A stretch of DNA of 64,000 bases from Hyphomicrobiales bacterium (lineage in GTDB: Bacteria; Pseudomonadota; Alphaproteobacteria; Rhizobiales; Xanthobacteraceae). The translations under genes were made by a program, and so were the position numbers. This document shows, one piece after another, positions 62,642 to 64,000 of the stretch. The notes beneath the pieces are model-generated. The model was not told the origin of the DNA, made no database searches, and worked only from the letters and a program-made list of their open reading frames with translations. How positions within the stretch are numbered: position 1 is the stretch's first letter; the number at the start of each line of letters is the position of its first letter. The stretch spans positions 76 through 64,075 of the forward strand of contig JBBQUA010000003.1 in the NCBI GenBank assembly GCA_038212905.1, in the 5' to 3' direction.

Positions 62642-64000
62642 ATGTCCGCAGTAGTACAAAGCATCGATGCCAACGCGGCCGACGAACGCGAACAGACCGA
62701 CGGCTTCAACCTCATCATCGATGCGCTCAAGCTCAACGGCCTGAACACGATCTACGGTGTGCCGGGCATCCCGATCACCGATTTCGGCCGCATGGCGCAG
62801 GCCGCGGGCATCCGCGTGCTCTCGTTCCGCCACGAGCAGAACGCCGGCTACGCCGCCTCGATCGCGGGCTTCCTGACCAAAAAACCCGGGGTCTGCCTCA
62901 CCGTCTCGGCGCCCGGCTTTCTCAACGGTCTGACCGCGCTGGCGCACGCCACCACCAACTGCTTCCCGATGATCCTGATCTCGGGCTCATCCGAACGCGA
63001 GATCGTCGACCTGCAGCAAGGCGACTACGAGGAAATGGATCAGCTCGCGATCGCAAAACCGCTGTGCAAGGCCGCGTTCCGCGTGCTGCATGCCGCCGAC
63101 ATCGGCATCGGCCTCGCCCGCGCCATCCGCGCCGCCGTTTCCGGACGCCCGGGCGGCGTCTATCTCGATCTGCCCGCGAAACTGTTTGGCCAGGTGATGG
63201 ATGCCGAGGCCGGACGGAAGTCGCTGGTCAAGGTGATCGACGCGGCCCCCGCGCAGATCCCCGCGCCTGATGCCATCAAGCGCGCGCTCGATGTGCTGAA
63301 GGGGGCAAAGCGTCCGCTGATCATTCTCGGCAAGGGCGCGGCCTACGCGCAGGCCGACGACGCGATCCGCAGCATGGTCGAGAAGAGCGGCATTCCGTTC
63401 CTCCCCATGAGCATGGCCAAGGGACTGTTGCCCGACACCCATCCGCAATGCGCCGGTGCAGCGCGCTCGACGGTGCTCAAGGACAGCGACGTCGTGATGC
63501 TGATCGGCGCGCGGCTGAACTGGCTGCTGTCGCACGGCAAGGGCAAGAGCTGGGGCGATGCGCCGAAGAAGTTTATTCAGATCGACATCGAGCCGAAGGA
63601 AATGGACTCCAACGTCGAGATCGTTGCCCCCGTGGTCGGCGACATCGGCTCCTGCGTCACCGCCCTGCTCGCGGGCATGGGCGGCAGCTGGACCGCCCCG
63701 CCGTCCGACTGGACCGGTGCTGTCACCAAAAAGCGCGACGAGAACGTCGCCAAGATGGCGCCGCGGCTGATGAACAACAACTCGCCGATGGACTATCACG
63801 GCGCCCTCGGCGTGCTGCGCACTGTCATCAAGGAGCGGCCGGACGCCATCCTGGTCAACGAAGGCGCCAACACGCTCGATCTCGCGCGCGGCATCATCGA
63901 CATGTACCAGCCGCGCAAGCGCATCGACGTCGGCACCTGGGGCATCATGGGCATCGGCATGGGCTATTGCATCGCCGCCGCGATCGAGACCGGCAAGCCG
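62642..64000 (+). CDS. oxc: Oxalyl-CoA decarboxylase, runs off the window end
   Basis: Manual translation: MSAVV...[29 protein letters not shown]...FRHEQNAG...DLQQGDYEE...NEGANTLD...[11 protein letters not shown]. Confidence 0.92.
   Translation, partial: MSAVVQSIDANAADEREQTDGFNLIIDALKLNGLNTIYGVPGIPITDFGRMAQAAGIRVLSFRHEQNAGYAASIAGFLTKKPGVCLTVSAPGFLNGLTALAHATTNCFPMILISGSSEREIVDLQQGDYEEMDQLAIAKPLCKAAFRVLHAADIGIGLARAIRAAVSGRPGGVYLDLPAKLFGQVMDAEAGRKSLVKVIDAAPAQIPAPDAIKRALDVLKGAKRPLIILGKGAAYAQADDAIRSMVEKSGIPFLPMSMAKGLLPDTHPQCAGAARSTVLKDSDVVMLIGARLNWLLSHGKGKSWGDAPKKFIQIDIEPKEMDSNVEIVAPVVGDIGSCVTALLAGMGGSWTAPPSDWTGAVTKKRDENVAKMAPRLMNNNSPMDYHGALGVLRTVIKERPDAILVNEGANTLDLARGIIDMYQPRKRIDVGTWGIMGIGMGYCIAAAIETGKP

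Overview
GC-rich alphaproteobacterial chromosome segment, Bradyrhizobium/Nitrobacteraceae-like by gene content and repeats (inference). It is mostly transport and catabolic genes: TRAP, ABC and tripartite tricarboxylate (Bug/Tct) transporters, oxidoreductases, amine catabolism, ThDP enzymes and the oxc oxalate locus. The main feature is an ~11.0 kb phage-satellite-like integrative element (37418-48402). It is bounded by an 11-bp direct repeat, CCCTTGTAGGG, and splits a Bug/TctC solute-binding gene exactly at its conserved P-Y-K-G codons. It encodes a tyrosine integrase, an Xis/AlpA-like protein, a primase-SF3 helicase followed by an iteron-like origin, an HK97-type capsid protein, an HNH nuclease, a putative cos region, a small terminase and a methyltransferase cargo gene. 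No large terminase, portal, protease, tail or repressor gene is recognisable. Also present are a deletion scar joining an aldehyde dehydrogenase 3' end to an AraC 3' end, a Baeyer-Villiger monooxygenase-esterase fusion, and several readable regulatory sites. All product calls come from motif recognition by eye; no database search was run.
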